Shown here: positions 17,380 through 28,109 of the stretch, in pieces
How the letters are laid out: each line of letters starts with the position of its first letter
Position numbering within the stretch: the first letter of the stretch is position 1
Source of the DNA: Desulfobacteria bacterium
Lineage (GTDB): Archaea; Halobacteriota; Syntropharchaeia; Alkanophagales; Methanospirareceae
Direction: 5' to 3'
Assembly (NCBI GenBank): GCA_035528755.1
Contig: DATKXZ010000009.1
Span: forward strand, 1 to 46,508
DNA: 46,508 bases
The notes under the pieces: model-generated
Database searches by the model: none
What the model saw: only the letters and a program-made list of their open reading frames with translations
What the model was told of the DNA's origin: nothing
Position numbers and translations under genes: made by a program

Positions 17380-18372
17380 ATGAGAACGATAGCGTGGGAT
17401 GATGAGAGGGCCGTGGTGACACTCATAGACCAGACGTTATTGCCGGCGGATTATAAAATCGTAGCGTGTGCACAGGTGGATGACCTTATCGATGCGATAA
17501 AAGATTTGAAGGTGCGTGGTGCACCGGTTTTAGGCGCGGCTGGCGCGTTTGGTGTGGTATTAGCATGCAGGAACGAGCGTGATGAAGCTGCTATTAAGAA
17601 GGAGGTACATAAGCTGAGAAACGCGCGACCAACCGCTGTAAACCTCTCGTACGGGGTTGATAGAGCGTTAGCGGCCGCACTATGTGGAGATACCTTGCAG
17701 GAGATGATACGATTGGCGTTGGCGGAAGCGAAACGGATTGCAGAGGAGGACGTGGCGACGAACAAGAAGCTCGGGGAGTATGGAAGTGCGCTTTTAGAGG
17801 ATGGCGATGTCGTGCTGACGCATTGCAATGCCGGTCGGCTCGCCTGTGTGGACTGGGGCACCGCGCTAGGAGTGATACGAACGGCAGTACAGAACGGAAA
17901 GCGAATAGAAGTAATCGCATGCGAGACGCGACCACTCAATCAGGGCTCACGACTCACCGCGTGGGAACTGCTGCAAGATAACATCCCTGTAACGCTTATT
18001 ACCGACAGCATGAGTGCGGCGGTGATGCGTGCAGGACGAGTGGATAAGGTGCTGGTAGGTGCGGATCGAGTGGTGAAGGAAGGCGTGTTTAACAAAATAG
18101 GGACGTACATGCAGGCGGTGGTTGCGAACGCGCATGGGATACCGTTTTACGTTGCCGCGCCGCTTTCGTCGTTCGATACGAGCCGGAGTTATAAGGAGGT
18201 GGAGATCGAGGAGCGGAGTCCCGAGGAACTTTTATTCTGCGGCGAGAGGCAGATCGCACCTCTTCACGTGAAAGTTTACAATCCTGCCTTTGATTTCACA
18301 CCGTTCGAGCTGATCGAAGCGGTAATCACAGAGAAAGGCGTGATTCGGCCTGCTGATTTGGACGGGATGTAA
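17380..18372 (+). CDS. eIF-2B alpha/beta/delta-family isomerase (methylthioribose-1-phosphate or ribose-1,5-bisphosphate isomerase)
   Basis: 330 aa. IDQTLLP, VRGAPVLGAAGAFG, RPTAVNL, CNAG and GADRV are family motifs. I cannot distinguish MtnA from R15P isomerase by eye. Confidence 0.85.
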   Translation: MRTIAWDDERAVVTLIDQTLLPADYKIVACAQVDDLIDAIKDLKVRGAPVLGAAGAFGVVLACRNERDEAAIKKEVHKLRNARPTAVNLSYGVDRALAAALCGDTLQEMIRLALAEAKRIAEEDVATNKKLGEYGSALLEDGDVVLTHCNAGRLACVDWGTALGVIRTAVQNGKRIEVIACETRPLNQGSRLTAWELLQDNIPVTLITDSMSAAVMRAGRVDKVLVGADRVVKEGVFNKIGTYMQAVVANAHGIPFYVAAPLSSFDTSRSYKEVEIEERSPEELLFCGERQIAPLHVKVYNPAFDFTPFELIEAVITEKGVIRPADLDGM

Positions 18373-18390
18373 ACCGCTGCTACTGTTTGT

Positions 18391-18612
18391 TTACCCGACA
18401 GATATAATTCTGATGATCGTTATCTCCGCGTCGGCATCGACGTTATCAGCCACAAACTCGTCCTCAGGCACGGGCTTACCGTTGCGCAGCACAAGAACCT
18501 CTTCGGGATTAATGTCCAGTTTTTCTAGCACCGTCTCGTAGGTATCGGCATTCGTGATTTCTAAACTTCTCTCTTCTTCTTTCTCCGCGCGTATCTTCAC
18601 ATTTATGTTCAT
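18391..18612 (-). CDS. Small beta-grasp (MoaD/ThiS/SAMP-like) protein ending in ...ISVG
   Basis: 73 aa. Its size and pattern (ETVLEKLDINPEEVLVLRNGKPV......EITIIRIISVG*) resemble ubiquitin-like sulfur carriers. The C-terminus is Val-Gly, not Gly-Gly. Confidence 0.5.
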   Translation of the reverse strand: MNINVKIRAEKEEERSLEITNADTYETVLEKLDINPEEVLVLRNGKPVPEDEFVADNVDADAEITIIRIISVG

Positions 18613-18696
18613 GAACCATTTCTTACAAAGAAAAGCTTTACCAAAAGAAATAAAAGAGACTTTGTCTTAGGAAGAAAGTCCTTTCAAGGGAGCTTT

Positions 18697-19668
18697 TTAT
18701 ATTCGTGAGTGAAGAGAGCGCGAGCGAATCCATTCATCCTTGGCCTCTCTTGTGGTGCCCACAACTAATCGCGTCTCATGTTTCGTCTGCTCCAGCACGC
18801 CGCGAGCTTCTATTGTCTCACCCGCTAACGCCTGTCCGGTATACGTATGCGTGAACGAAAGAACTTTGTTCACCTCGGAGTGCTCGATTTCGTAGATCGC
18901 CGGACTGTCGAACGAAAAAGACGCGTCTGTTACTTCTGCTGTTATCGTTCTATACCCTGCTCGTTCACCAGGTTCATAATTCCGTCTATCCAACTGCTGT
19001 AACTCTTTCGGGTCACGCACGTAGAGGATATCGAAATATGTGCCGCCAATCGCGCCCCTGTGCCCTTTTCTCAGCTCGTGTGCGACGAACTCCTCATAAC
19101 TCAACTCCGGCTTCCGTTTACGGTAAATCTGCTGCCACAATTCTTCTTTTAGTCCGGTGAGCAAACCCGCTTCGGTCGCAGCTTTAACGAGCGTTCTCGC
19201 TTTGTCGAAGTTCGCACGCCCGTAAACGACGAAATCGAGGTCCGAATTCGCTCCGTTAAGACCGCACAAAAAGGAGCCGGTAATGCCTATGCGCTCCTTT
19301 GGGATATGCTGTCCAAGGAGTTCGTAAACAGCTCTGGCGTGCTCGTTTCGCTCCGCGATTACCGGTAGCCGCACCTCTGGCCTCAAAATCTTCTTTATAT
19401 CGCCTTTGGGAACCACGTGCACGTCTTTTACGTATTCCGGCTGGTGCTTTTTTAAGAATGTATAAGCTTCGTAAAAATCCAATTTCCGGTATCGTCCACG
19501 CTCTGAGACGCGCTCGCCCTTCTCGTCCGGGACGTAGCGCAGGAGACAGTTCAATTCCTCGTCGCCTAGATCGTAGCTGACCACCGAGAAGATCCAATCC
19601 TGCTCCGTTACCACGAAATCCCGTATCCGCGCTCTCATGCTCTGCATACTCGCCTCGCCGTCAGTCAA
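18697..19668 (-). CDS. Predicted nucleotidyltransferase (Pol-beta-like fold) with C-terminal beta-rich domain
   Basis: 323 aa. GITGSFLCGLNGANSDLDFVVYG fits the G[SG]-x9-12-DxD nucleotidyltransferase motif. I do not recognise the exact family. Confidence 0.6.
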   Translation of the reverse strand: MTDGEASMQSMRARIRDFVVTEQDWIFSVVSYDLGDEELNCLLRYVPDEKGERVSERGRYRKLDFYEAYTFLKKHQPEYVKDVHVVPKGDIKKILRPEVRLPVIAERNEHARAVYELLGQHIPKERIGITGSFLCGLNGANSDLDFVVYGRANFDKARTLVKAATEAGLLTGLKEELWQQIYRKRKPELSYEEFVAHELRKGHRGAIGGTYFDILYVRDPKELQQLDRRNYEPGERAGYRTITAEVTDASFSFDSPAIYEIEHSEVNKVLSFTHTYTGQALAGETIEARGVLEQTKHETRLVVGTTREAKDEWIRSRSLHSRI

Positions 19669-19712
19669 TCCTACACTTTTATAAAAACGAAAGAGAAATA
19701 TAAAGCAGATAA

Positions 19713-20087
19713 ATGAAGCTGCTATTGAAGTTCCCGCTATCGCTGGATGAAATGCCGTATACGGCTGAGGTTGTGCTCGAGACGGGAGTGAAACTAAGCA
19801 TAGACAGTGCGACGCGAGGCGAGCTTATCATTGATGTTCCGGGGTCTCAAGCAGACCAGGTTGCTGAACTATTCAGGGAGAAAGGGGTTGAAGTACGGAC
19901 ATTACTGAAGCTGATTGCCTGGGATGAGGGGCGGTGTGTGCACTGCGGTGCGTGCATTTCCGTCTGTCCTACCAAGGTATTCTCGTTCGATCCCTCGTGG
20001 AGCCTCGATTTGGACGAGGAGAAATGTGTCCGGTGCGAGGTCTGCGTAAAAGCGTGTCCTCGTAGCGCTTTAAACTGTGTGAGTTAA
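19713..20087 (+). CDS. NIL-domain protein fused to a 2x[4Fe-4S] ferredoxin domain
   Basis: 124 aa. The N-terminal ~70 aa are NIL-like. The C-terminus carries CVHCGACISVCP and CVRCEVCVKACP. Confidence 0.8.
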   Translation: MKLLLKFPLSLDEMPYTAEVVLETGVKLSIDSATRGELIIDVPGSQADQVAELFREKGVEVRTLLKLIAWDEGRCVHCGACISVCPTKVFSFDPSWSLDLDEEKCVRCEVCVKACPRSALNCVS

Positions 20088-20123
20088 CCAACCGATTGAG
20101 AGCATAAGAGGCGGGGTAGGTAG

Positions 20124-20594
<471 letters not shown>

Positions 20595-20641
20595 ATAGAA
20601 AGGGTTATTTAACTAAACATACAATTAGTGTAGAGAAAGAA

Positions 20642-21649
20642 ATGATAAAGAAGCTAAAAATAAAGAACTACAAGAGCTTGAAAGACGTAGAACTTGAACT
20701 CGATAAATTCAACGTCTTAATCGGCCCGAATGCGAGCGGAAAGAGCAATTTGTTGGATTGTTTAGCGTTTGTTTCCGAAATTGCCCAAGGAAGTGTTTCT
20801 GAGAGCTTAACAAGAAGAGGCGGTTATGAACGTGTAGTATTCGGTGGCGAAAATCAGAACATAGAGTTAACCATTGATTTCACACTTGATAACGAACTAT
20901 TTACTTATCCTCTCTCGATTTCGAGAGAAGGAATAGATAAAGAGAAATTATATGTTGGAGACAAAATTAAAATAGATAAGCAAAATATCGGCTGGGCCAC
21001 TACGATTTATCAACACTCCGAGATAAGAGAGTATTTCAACTCGTTGCGATCATACAATTTCATCACTTCTGCGATGCGAAGGACCGATTTGGCCAAGAAG
21101 AATCTCATTCTGGATAAAAACGGGGGAAATTTAGCGCAAGTTCTCCTCTCATTGCATAACGAGCGCCCCAAGACCTTTGATAGAATAGAGGACATACTGA
21201 AGCAGGCGATTCCGCAGATAGACGAGCTTCTGACACCGTTAACGGAAGATGGACAGACTTACGTAGCGCTAAGAGAAAGAGGCTTTGATTCGCCGTTTAA
21301 TTACTTCCAGGTTTCCGATGGCACGCTTAAGCTGCTGGCGTATATCACCGCAATCGCTTCCGAAGAGGCGAACGTGGTTTGTTTTGAGGAACCGGAGAAC
21401 TTTATTCATCCGCGACTGTTTGAGCTTTTAGTGGAGGTTTTGAAGAAGTCGGATAAACAGATCATCCTCTCCACGCATTCTCCTTATCTCGTCGATTGGG
21501 TTGAGCCCGAGGATGTAATAATAGTAGAGAAAAAGAATAAAGAGACGGTGACGAGTAGATTAAAGGATGAAGATAGGCTTAAAAGACATTTGAAGGAAAT
21601 AGGTCTTGGTGAATTGCTTTACAGTGGAGAGACTGGTGGGACTCCGTGA
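20642..21649 (+). CDS. ABC/SMC-like ATPase (AAA_15/AAA_21 type)
   Basis: The track ORF starts at a GTG at 20591. I prefer the ATG at 20642 (MIKKLKIKNYKSLKDVELELDKFNVLIGPNASGKSN, typical N-terminus plus Walker A). Walker B/D-loop is VVCFEEPENFIHP and the H-loop is ILSTHSPYL. Confidence 0.85.
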   Translation: MIKKLKIKNYKSLKDVELELDKFNVLIGPNASGKSNLLDCLAFVSEIAQGSVSESLTRRGGYERVVFGGENQNIELTIDFTLDNELFTYPLSISREGIDKEKLYVGDKIKIDKQNIGWATTIYQHSEIREYFNSLRSYNFITSAMRRTDLAKKNLILDKNGGNLAQVLLSLHNERPKTFDRIEDILKQAIPQIDELLTPLTEDGQTYVALRERGFDSPFNYFQVSDGTLKLLAYITAIASEEANVVCFEEPENFIHPRLFELLVEVLKKSDKQIILSTHSPYLVDWVEPEDVIIVEKKNKETVTSRLKDEDRLKRHLKEIGLGELLYSGETGGTP

Positions 21650-22188
21650 TTGGATTTATAGTGGAAGGTCCTTCTGATGAGAAGGTGGTAGAGGAAATCT
21701 GCCGGAAACTTCAGGTACAGCCGAAAATAAAGCAAATGCGTAAAGCAATTAATCCCAGGAAAGCAAAGGTTTTTGCAGAATTTTTGTTAGGCCTGGATTG
21801 TGAGAAAGTGATCATCCTCCAAGATTCTCACTGTTCTGACCCTGCAAAGATAGAGGGAAATTTGAAAGGTAGGCTTATAGAAGAGAGTTTAAGAGATAAA
21901 ATGGATAGAGAGGTTAAAATTTGTGTAGTAGTTCATGCAATAGAATCGTGGCTCCTCGCTGATGAAGAGGCAATTGGCGACTATCTCAGGTCAAAAGTAA
22001 GAGGCATTCACAATCCTGAGAATGAGTGTAAGCCTGAAGAAGTTTTAGATGAAATTTTTAAGAGGCACGACGAGCAGAAATATTTAAAGGGGGGTGAAGC
22101 CCCGCGGGAAATAGCAAAAAGATTGAGCTTGGACAGGGTTATAGAAAAGTGCCCTTCTTTTATAAAATTCAAAACGTTTATAGAATAG
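21646..22188 (+). CDS. DUF4276-family protein (TOPRIM-like)
   Basis: 180 aa. The GTG start overlaps the ATPase stop (GTGA). The N-terminal MIGFIVEGPSDEKVV, the ILQDS motif and HAIESWLLADEEAI match my recollection of the DUF4276 pattern (xVEG...D.D...EaWlLaD). Confidence 0.75.
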   Translation: MIGFIVEGPSDEKVVEEICRKLQVQPKIKQMRKAINPRKAKVFAEFLLGLDCEKVIILQDSHCSDPAKIEGNLKGRLIEESLRDKMDREVKICVVVHAIESWLLADEEAIGDYLRSKVRGIHNPENECKPEEVLDEIFKRHDEQKYLKGGEAPREIAKRLSLDRVIEKCPSFIKFKTFIE

Positions 22189-22205
22189 GAGAGCGTGAAG
22201 TGAAA

Positions 22206-22637
22206 ATGGCAAAAGGAAAAGAAGAAGGAGAGATAAAATTGGGTTTTGTCGTCTCTGAATTTCATCGGGACATCACGTATCAGATGGAGATACTGGGTAG
22301 GGAGCACGCTTCGTTTCTTGGTGCGACCGTTCATCGTACGGCATATACGCCGGGAACCTTTGACATGCCGTTAGCGGTGAAAAAAATGCTCACGGAGGGG
22401 GACGTCGATGCGGTCGTTACGCTTGGCTGCATCATTGAAGGCGCGACGGGGCATGACGAGGTAATCGCATCGCAATTGACGAGGAAGATCATGGACCTCT
22501 CACTGGAGTACGATAAGCCAGTGAGTTTGGGTGTTGCAGGCCCGGGAATGACGAGGTTAGAAGCGCAGGAACGAGTGGATTATGCAAAGAGGGCGGTAGA
22601 AGCAGCAGTGAAGATGGTGAAGCGATTAAGAGAGTAG
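22206..22637 (+). CDS. ribH: 6,7-dimethyl-8-ribityllumazine synthase
   Basis: The track ORF starts at 22149 inside the DUF4276 gene. The ATG at 22206 (MAKGKEEGEIKLGFVVSEFHRDIT...) is the likely start. VPGTFDMPLA and the VTLGCIIEG.T.H motifs fit the family. Confidence 0.88.
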   Translation: MAKGKEEGEIKLGFVVSEFHRDITYQMEILGREHASFLGATVHRTAYTPGTFDMPLAVKKMLTEGDVDAVVTLGCIIEGATGHDEVIASQLTRKIMDLSLEYDKPVSLGVAGPGMTRLEAQERVDYAKRAVEAAVKMVKRLRE

Positions 22638-23533
22638 AAATAAAGAAGCAGAAGCACCGCGAGACAAACAAAGGCGAAGAGAATTGAGGACAGCTCCATT
22701 ACGCGTATTGCGCTTTCTATATGCTCGTCTGATGCCGGCTCAAATTGTCCGCCTACGACATAATGCCCCTCTTTCTCCAGCTTTACGCGTAATGCGAGGC
22801 TCATTGCCGCTATTGTCAAATGAACTCCTTTGGGTACATTAACTGCTCGAAACTCTCTCCAATTTGAAGGAGTCATTAGCAATATTAAAGTTGCTGCAAT
22901 CCGTTCTGGTAGGTAACTCAGCACGTCATCCGTTTTTGCCGAGAACCTGCCGAAATGGAGGTATTTTTCGGTTTTGTAGCCAACAACGGCGTCCAGAGTA
23001 TTGAACACGCGATAACCCATGGCACCACAAACGCCGAAGAGCGCGAAATAGAAGAACGGCGCGATAACGCTATCGGTGAGGTTCTCCGCTACCGATTCGA
23101 TCGTTGCGGAGTCGAGATGCACCCTATCCGAGGCCTTCACGTCTCTGCTGACTATCTTCCCCACAGCGGCTCTTTTCGCTTCCAAATCAGCTGCTGCCAT
23201 TGCATCACGGCCGAATCGCTCCAAACCCTTGATCGTGAAGGTCATCTTGAAGACGAGCGCGCCAACAACGATGTATACCAAATCGCTGTGAGCACGAAAG
23301 AGCAATAGGCATGGCGAAACGAAAATCGTCAGTATGAGTAAGGGATACACCACACCAAGCATTCTTTCTTTCTTTGGATCGCCTCGCTTCGTCCTTCGGT
23401 CAAAAAAATACATCAGCCGGCTTATCCATACAACGGGATAAAATCTGTCCAGCTTCTCGGAAGGGTCGCCTACGGTCAGATCGATAGCGAGAGCAATAAT
23501 GATGATAAGGATATGATCAATGAGGAAATTCAT
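22580..23533 (-). CDS. cbiB: Adenosylcobinamide-phosphate synthase CbiB/CobD
   Basis: 317 aa, polytopic membrane protein. The N-terminus ALAIDLTVGDPSEKLDRFYPVVWISRL is the CbiB signature. Its 3' end overlaps ribH convergently by 58 nt. Confidence 0.85.
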   Translation of the reverse strand: MNFLIDHILIIIIALAIDLTVGDPSEKLDRFYPVVWISRLMYFFDRRTKRGDPKKERMLGVVYPLLILTIFVSPCLLLFRAHSDLVYIVVGALVFKMTFTIKGLERFGRDAMAAADLEAKRAAVGKIVSRDVKASDRVHLDSATIESVAENLTDSVIAPFFYFALFGVCGAMGYRVFNTLDAVVGYKTEKYLHFGRFSAKTDDVLSYLPERIAATLILLMTPSNWREFRAVNVPKGVHLTIAAMSLALRVKLEKEGHYVVGGQFEPASDEHIESAIRVMELSSILFAFVCLAVLLLLYFYSLNRFTIFTAASTALFA

Positions 23534-23535
23534 TT

Positions 23536-23904
23536 TTACGGTGTCGGTGGATATTTCTCTTTTAACCGTGAGAATATTCTCTTGAGTTCTTCTGGCCGTT
23601 CCTCGATCTCGTCAACGGTCGCTATTCCACATCTTATTCTGTTGAATTCTGCCAATAGTGCCTTCGCAACGTCCGAGCAATGTATCCAGAAACACTTTGA
23701 GCAGCCCCAGATGCGGCTACCGTCCTCCTTCTCCACCCATTTACCACCGACTTGCTCGTCCTCACAGGGATAAAACGGGCAGAAGCACCACGTGCAATCC
23801 TGCCCCGTGAAATGGCAGGGATAATAATCACATTCTTCATCCGGTCCGACAAGTTTCTTTTCGTCCAGCACCTTCTTCAGGTACTCATAAGCAAGCGGAT
23901 GCAT
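23536..23904 (-). CDS. Cysteine-rich small domain protein (zf-like, PF04071-type as I recall)
   Basis: 122 aa. The motif is CDYYPCHFTGQDCTWCFCPFYPCEDE....CSKCFWIHC. It ends 3 nt before the cbiB start. Confidence 0.65.
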   Translation of the reverse strand: MHPLAYEYLKKVLDEKKLVGPDEECDYYPCHFTGQDCTWCFCPFYPCEDEQVGGKWVEKEDGSRIWGCSKCFWIHCSDVAKALLAEFNRIRCGIATVDEIEERPEELKRIFSRLKEKYPPTP

Positions 23905-24015
23905 CTTTATTCGGGCTCACCGTCCTCTCGCCGGTACATGCTTATAACCAACGCCCTAACAGCTACTTATAAGATTCCCTTTTTGATCGCTCTGCCTACT
24001 GGCAATCGCATTACG

Positions 24016-25017
24016 CTAATGCGTTCCTTCAAGGTACCGACTGAGGGGAAAGGAGAAGCCGCAGATGTTGCAATGTAACTTTTTCCCCGGCAGTTCCGCT
24101 TTGCAGAGGGGGCATACCTTCTTTCCGGTCGCCCCAGGCTTCGGTACTTCGCCCACAACCGTTCTGTAGATTTCGTAGAAATAGAGATGCTCTTTATTCA
24201 TGAATTCCAGCCCGTATTCCCGTTTCTTATCCTCAAATTCGGTATCAGAAATTTTCCGCTGGATAACGTCCCGGAGCTGTGTTGTGCCTGAACCAAACTC
24301 GATTGGCTCCTTTGCTCGCCAGGCCACTTCCCCCAATTCTGCTTCAAATGCTTTTCGTAATAGCCACTTGCCGTATGTTCTACCGTCTCGCTCCCTTACC
24401 TTCAGCGCAGGATCCACATCACGTGCGAAGTCAATAATTTCTTTATCGAGATACGGTTGTTTAATCTCCACGCCGAGAGAAGCTCCGAGCTTGTTCGAGG
24501 AGAACCACATCGTCCTCAAGATAGTCTCAATATACCGGCTTAATGCGTCAGGGGAGAGCGCGTGCATGTACGAATACCCCGCGAAAAGCTCGTCCGCGCC
24601 ATCGCCGGTCATTAAACTTCTTATTCCGAGCGCCTTTGCTTCTTCTAACGCGACATAGATGGTCAAATCGTTAGGAAGCGCAGGATCGAAACTTCTCACT
24701 GCTTTTACTACGTCCGGCAGCTTTTCCAATGCCTCGGTTTCTGTTATGCAAATCACATGGTGCTCATACCGGAACTTCCGTGCTATTTTCTGTGCATAGT
24801 CGAGATCCTGCGCGCGAGCCCCCGCCAGAACGACGGTAAGTGCCTTCTTGCTCATTCTACTCGTATCGTTCGAAAGAGCGGCCAAAATGCTCGTGTCTAA
24901 CCCGCCGGAAAGCAGCAGCGCCTCTGCATCGTTCTTTGCCACTGCAGCGCGTAAGAGCTCTCGTAACGTGCTGCAGAGTTCTTCTTCATCAGCTTTCATC
25001 TTCTTAGCGGGTATCAT
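24016..25017 (-). CDS. Asparagine-synthetase-domain PP-loop ATP pyrophosphatase with C-terminal zinc ribbon
   Basis: 333 aa. It has the LLLSGGLDTSILAAL PP-loop, MTGDGADELFAGY, and the C-terminal CPLCKAELPGKKLHCNICG. There is no glutaminase domain. Confidence 0.75.
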   Translation of the reverse strand: MIPAKKMKADEEELCSTLRELLRAAVAKNDAEALLLSGGLDTSILAALSNDTSRMSKKALTVVLAGARAQDLDYAQKIARKFRYEHHVICITETEALEKLPDVVKAVRSFDPALPNDLTIYVALEEAKALGIRSLMTGDGADELFAGYSYMHALSPDALSRYIETILRTMWFSSNKLGASLGVEIKQPYLDKEIIDFARDVDPALKVRERDGRTYGKWLLRKAFEAELGEVAWRAKEPIEFGSGTTQLRDVIQRKISDTEFEDKKREYGLEFMNKEHLYFYEIYRTVVGEVPKPGATGKKVCPLCKAELPGKKLHCNICGFSFPLSRYLEGTH

Positions 25018-25150
25018 TCGGAACTTGGGAATACTGTGTGAAGCGCTCTTACTCGTTAGATGCGCTCCCTAACTAACGTAATAACATGCCAGAGCTGGTA
25101 GGTAATTAAAGGGTATTGAGGTTATTTAAAATACAGCGACAGGAGCGGAG

Positions 25151-25864
25151 ATGAAGGAGAGCTTCAGGCTAAAGGAGACGTTCGTATGGATAACTGCGGA
25201 TGAAAAGAGGTATATCGAGATAGCAAAGGAGGAAATAAGACAGCGAAGGCGAGATTTGGAACGGTTCGTACGCTGGCATCCTTATTTCCTCGTAACGTTC
25301 GAACGGTACCGGACAGAAGTTGAAGTTGGTGGTACTCGAGAAACGGGCGAGATCCCAGAGGTCGTGCGAAGAATGATAGACGCTGCGAGTGGATTTGGCA
25401 TAGGGCCGATGGCTGCGGTTGCAGGCACGTTAGCCGAGTTCGCCGTGGAGACGATGCGTGATGCCGGCGCGACGTACGCAATGGTGGACAATGGCGGGGA
25501 TATTGCATTAATTAACGATCGCGAGGTGCTTGTGGGGATCTACGCGGGCGAGAGCCAATTTTCGAACACGCTTGCGCTGCGGATAAAACCCTCGCCCGCT
25601 TTAACAGGTATATGCACGTCCTCTGGAACGGTCGGGCATTCTATCAGCTTCGGAACCGCGGATGCCGCAACCGTGATTAGTAAGAGTGCGGCGCTGTCAG
25701 ATGCCGCCGCTACTGCGCTCTGTAATACTGTCACGGACGAGCAATCGATTAAAGAAGCGTTCCGTGCAATCAACCACGTAGACGGCATTGAAGGTGCGTT
25801 GGTGATCTATAAGGACACGCTGGCAACGTGGGGAAAAGTGCCCGACATCGTAAAAACGAAATAA
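25151..25864 (+). CDS. UPF0280 / ApbE-like family protein
   Basis: 237 aa. GIGPMAAVAGTLAEFAVETM....MVDNGGDIAL resembles the ApbE-like UPF0280 archaeal family. Confidence 0.7.
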   Translation: MKESFRLKETFVWITADEKRYIEIAKEEIRQRRRDLERFVRWHPYFLVTFERYRTEVEVGGTRETGEIPEVVRRMIDAASGFGIGPMAAVAGTLAEFAVETMRDAGATYAMVDNGGDIALINDREVLVGIYAGESQFSNTLALRIKPSPALTGICTSSGTVGHSISFGTADAATVISKSAALSDAAATALCNTVTDEQSIKEAFRAINHVDGIEGALVIYKDTLATWGKVPDIVKTK

Positions 25865-25970
25865 GTTGGATATTAAGGCGATTGGCCTGGAAAAGTTTAT
25901 ACAAAGAGCCTCAAATTAATTAATAAGTACGTTCAGTAACAGGAAAAAAAGGAAGAGCAACGCGTTAAAA

Positions 25971-27266
25971 ATGAGCAGTTTTACCAGCGTCAAATGGGAG
26001 GAGCACGAATTAGAGCGAGTGGCCATAGCAGAAGGTACGAGCGTGGAGAAATTGCGAAGACTGCTCGACGCTGGGCGAGTGGCCATTCCGAGGAACGCAA
26101 AGCGAAGAGATGAAGCTGGGAACAGGGCGATAGCGCTCAAAGCGATTGGCGAAGGAATGAGCACGAAGGTGAACGTGAATGTCGGGACGTCAAAAGACTA
26201 CGTTAACCTTGATGACGAGGTGGAGAAGGCGACGGTTGCGGTACAATACGGTGCCGATACGATAATGGACCTCTCGACCGGCGGCGACCTTGATGAAACG
26301 CGCAGGATGATTTTGAAGGCGGTAGACGTGCCCATGGGGACGGTGCCGATCTATCAGGCGGCGTTAGAGAAGGCGGACGTACGAGCCGTCGTGGATATGA
26401 GTTCGGACGACATGTTCAACGCCGTGCGGCAGCATGCGGAAGATGGCATAGACTTTGTTACGATCCATGCGGGCGTGAATCTCAATGCGCTGGAGCGCTT
26501 GAGGCGTAGTGGACGCATCTTGGACGTGGTGAGTCGCGGTGGCGCGTTCCTCATTGCCTGGATGATACACAACGAACGCGAGAATCCGTTTTATGCGGAA
26601 TACGAGTATCTTCTGGAGCTCGCACGGGAGTACGAGTTGACGCTCAGCTTGGGCGACGGCATGCGACCCGGCTGTATTGCTGATGCTTCAGACCGCGCGA
26701 AATTTATGGAAGCCATTACACTTGGCGAACTCGTACGAAGTGCCCGAGAAGCAGACGTTCAGGCACTTATCGAAGGCCCGGGTCACGTGCCCCTGGACGA
26801 AATAGAGGCGTCGGTAAAGGTGATAAAGCACGTCACGGATTTCGCACCGCTCTATCTCTTAGGGCCGCTGGTTACGGACATCGCGCCAGGCTACGACCAT
26901 CTGGTGAGCGCAATCGGAGGCGCGGTTGCCGGCATGTACGGTGCGGATTTCCTCTGCATGGTGTCGCCGTCAGAGCATTTAGCGTTGCCCTCAGTGAAAG
27001 ACATTAAGGAAGGCACGATCGTCACGAAGATAGCAGCGCATGTGGTAGACCTTGTAAAAGCGGGGCAGCGCGACCGTGCGAGAGAAATAGACGCCGAAAT
27101 GGCGCACGCACGCAAAAATTTAGATTGGGATCGGCAGTTTGAACTCGCGATTGATCACGAGGAAGCGCAGCGCATAAGAAAGAGCAGACCTTCGGAAAGC
27201 GATGCGTGCTCCATCTGCGGCGATTTGTGCGCGATCAAGTTAGTACGGGATTTTTTGAAGAAGTGA
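25971..27266 (+). CDS. thiC: Phosphomethylpyrimidine synthase ThiC
   Basis: 431 aa. The motifs are [23 protein letters not shown], and the C-terminal [11 protein letters not shown] Fe-S motif. Confidence 0.92.
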   Translation: MSSFTSVKWEEHELERVAIAEGTSVEKLRRLLDAGRVAIPRNAKRRDEAGNRAIALKAIGEGMSTKVNVNVGTSKDYVNLDDEVEKATVAVQYGADTIMDLSTGGDLDETRRMILKAVDVPMGTVPIYQAALEKADVRAVVDMSSDDMFNAVRQHAEDGIDFVTIHAGVNLNALERLRRSGRILDVVSRGGAFLIAWMIHNERENPFYAEYEYLLELAREYELTLSLGDGMRPGCIADASDRAKFMEAITLGELVRSAREADVQALIEGPGHVPLDEIEASVKVIKHVTDFAPLYLLGPLVTDIAPGYDHLVSAIGGAVAGMYGADFLCMVSPSEHLALPSVKDIKEGTIVTKIAAHVVDLVKAGQRDRAREIDAEMAHARKNLDWDRQFELAIDHEEAQRIRKSRPSESDACSICGDLCAIKLVRDFLKK

Positions 27267-28083
27267 AGACTTTTAAAACGCCAGCCTTCGGCTCATAGCA
27301 GATCTCTTCCACAATAAGCTCCTCAATTACTTCCTCTACCCACTCCGTTTTGAAACCTTGTGTCTTCAATGCGCTCACTAACCGCTCTCGTGCCACACCG
27401 CTCTTGCCCGCTTTCTTCAGTAGCCCGACTACCAGCTCCTTTGCCCTGGTGTGGTACTGCAGCCACATGCGTGTTACGGCATTTATCGCCATGCTCGCAA
27501 AGGCGTCCAGTGTATCATCGTCAAGGGCATAATGCTCCTGAAGCTCTTTACCACCACCCAGACCCGAAAACTCGTTTGCCTCTTTATTTGGCAACGCTGA
27601 AGGGCTTATGCGCAATGCATCTATCCGCTCCATTGTCCTCCGTGCGGTGTTCAATATCCAGCCGTTTCTTACACGTTCCTCTACCGTTCCGACTTCTTCT
27701 GCCAGTAGCATAATTTTTGTTCTTGTTCCTGCGCTCTCACGTACGTGCACAGTGCCGCGGAACGCGATAAAAGGCCTCTTAAGCTCTGTATGCGCAGTTA
27801 TATCGCCCCCAAGGATTCGTCTGCTCGCGTAGAGAGAGAGCGTCGCAGTCAAGTCGTTTAGCTTGAGTCTGACTATGTTCCCTCGCGCTTCTACTTCTTC
27901 CACTTCCCCAACGCCAAAGAGCTCCTTGCACCGTGCACCGGTGGGCGTGACGAGAAACGTACTTCCATCCTCTTGTAAAATAAAATCGCTCTTCAAAAAC
28001 TCGTCAAAAAAAACCCTGCAGGTCGGAAACAAGTTTAGGTCTTTTCCGCTCTCCATAAGCACTACCTCCGTTTCACAGCACAA
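27235..28083 (-). CDS. Conserved hypothetical protein (possibly OB-fold plus C-terminal winged-helix)
   Basis: 282-aa ORF. The likely start is M10 (MESGKDL, 28056). Its 3' end overlaps thiC convergently by 32 nt. The function is not recognisable by eye. Confidence 0.55.
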   Translation of the reverse strand: MCCETEVVLMESGKDLNLFPTCRVFFDEFLKSDFILQEDGSTFLVTPTGARCKELFGVGEVEEVEARGNIVRLKLNDLTATLSLYASRRILGGDITAHTELKRPFIAFRGTVHVRESAGTRTKIMLLAEEVGTVEERVRNGWILNTARRTMERIDALRISPSALPNKEANEFSGLGGGKELQEHYALDDDTLDAFASMAINAVTRMWLQYHTRAKELVVGLLKKAGKSGVARERLVSALKTQGFKTEWVEEVIEELIVEEICYEPKAGVLKVFTSSKNPVLT

Positions 28084-28109
28084 GCCACGATAGATAGATA
28101 AATAAGTAA

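Noticed and set aside
22580-22637. A 58-nt convergent overlap of ribH and cbiB, and a 32-nt overlap of thiC with the gene at 27235..28083.
   Set aside because: Convergent 3' overlaps are common in compact archaeal genomes, and nothing suggests a special function. The cbiB or ribH ends could also be slightly shorter than the ORFs.
25865-25970. Possible TPP riboswitch upstream of thiC.
   Set aside because: No CUGAGA or ACCUGAUCUGGAUAAUGCCAGCG-like conserved elements are present. The spacer is short and AT-rich.
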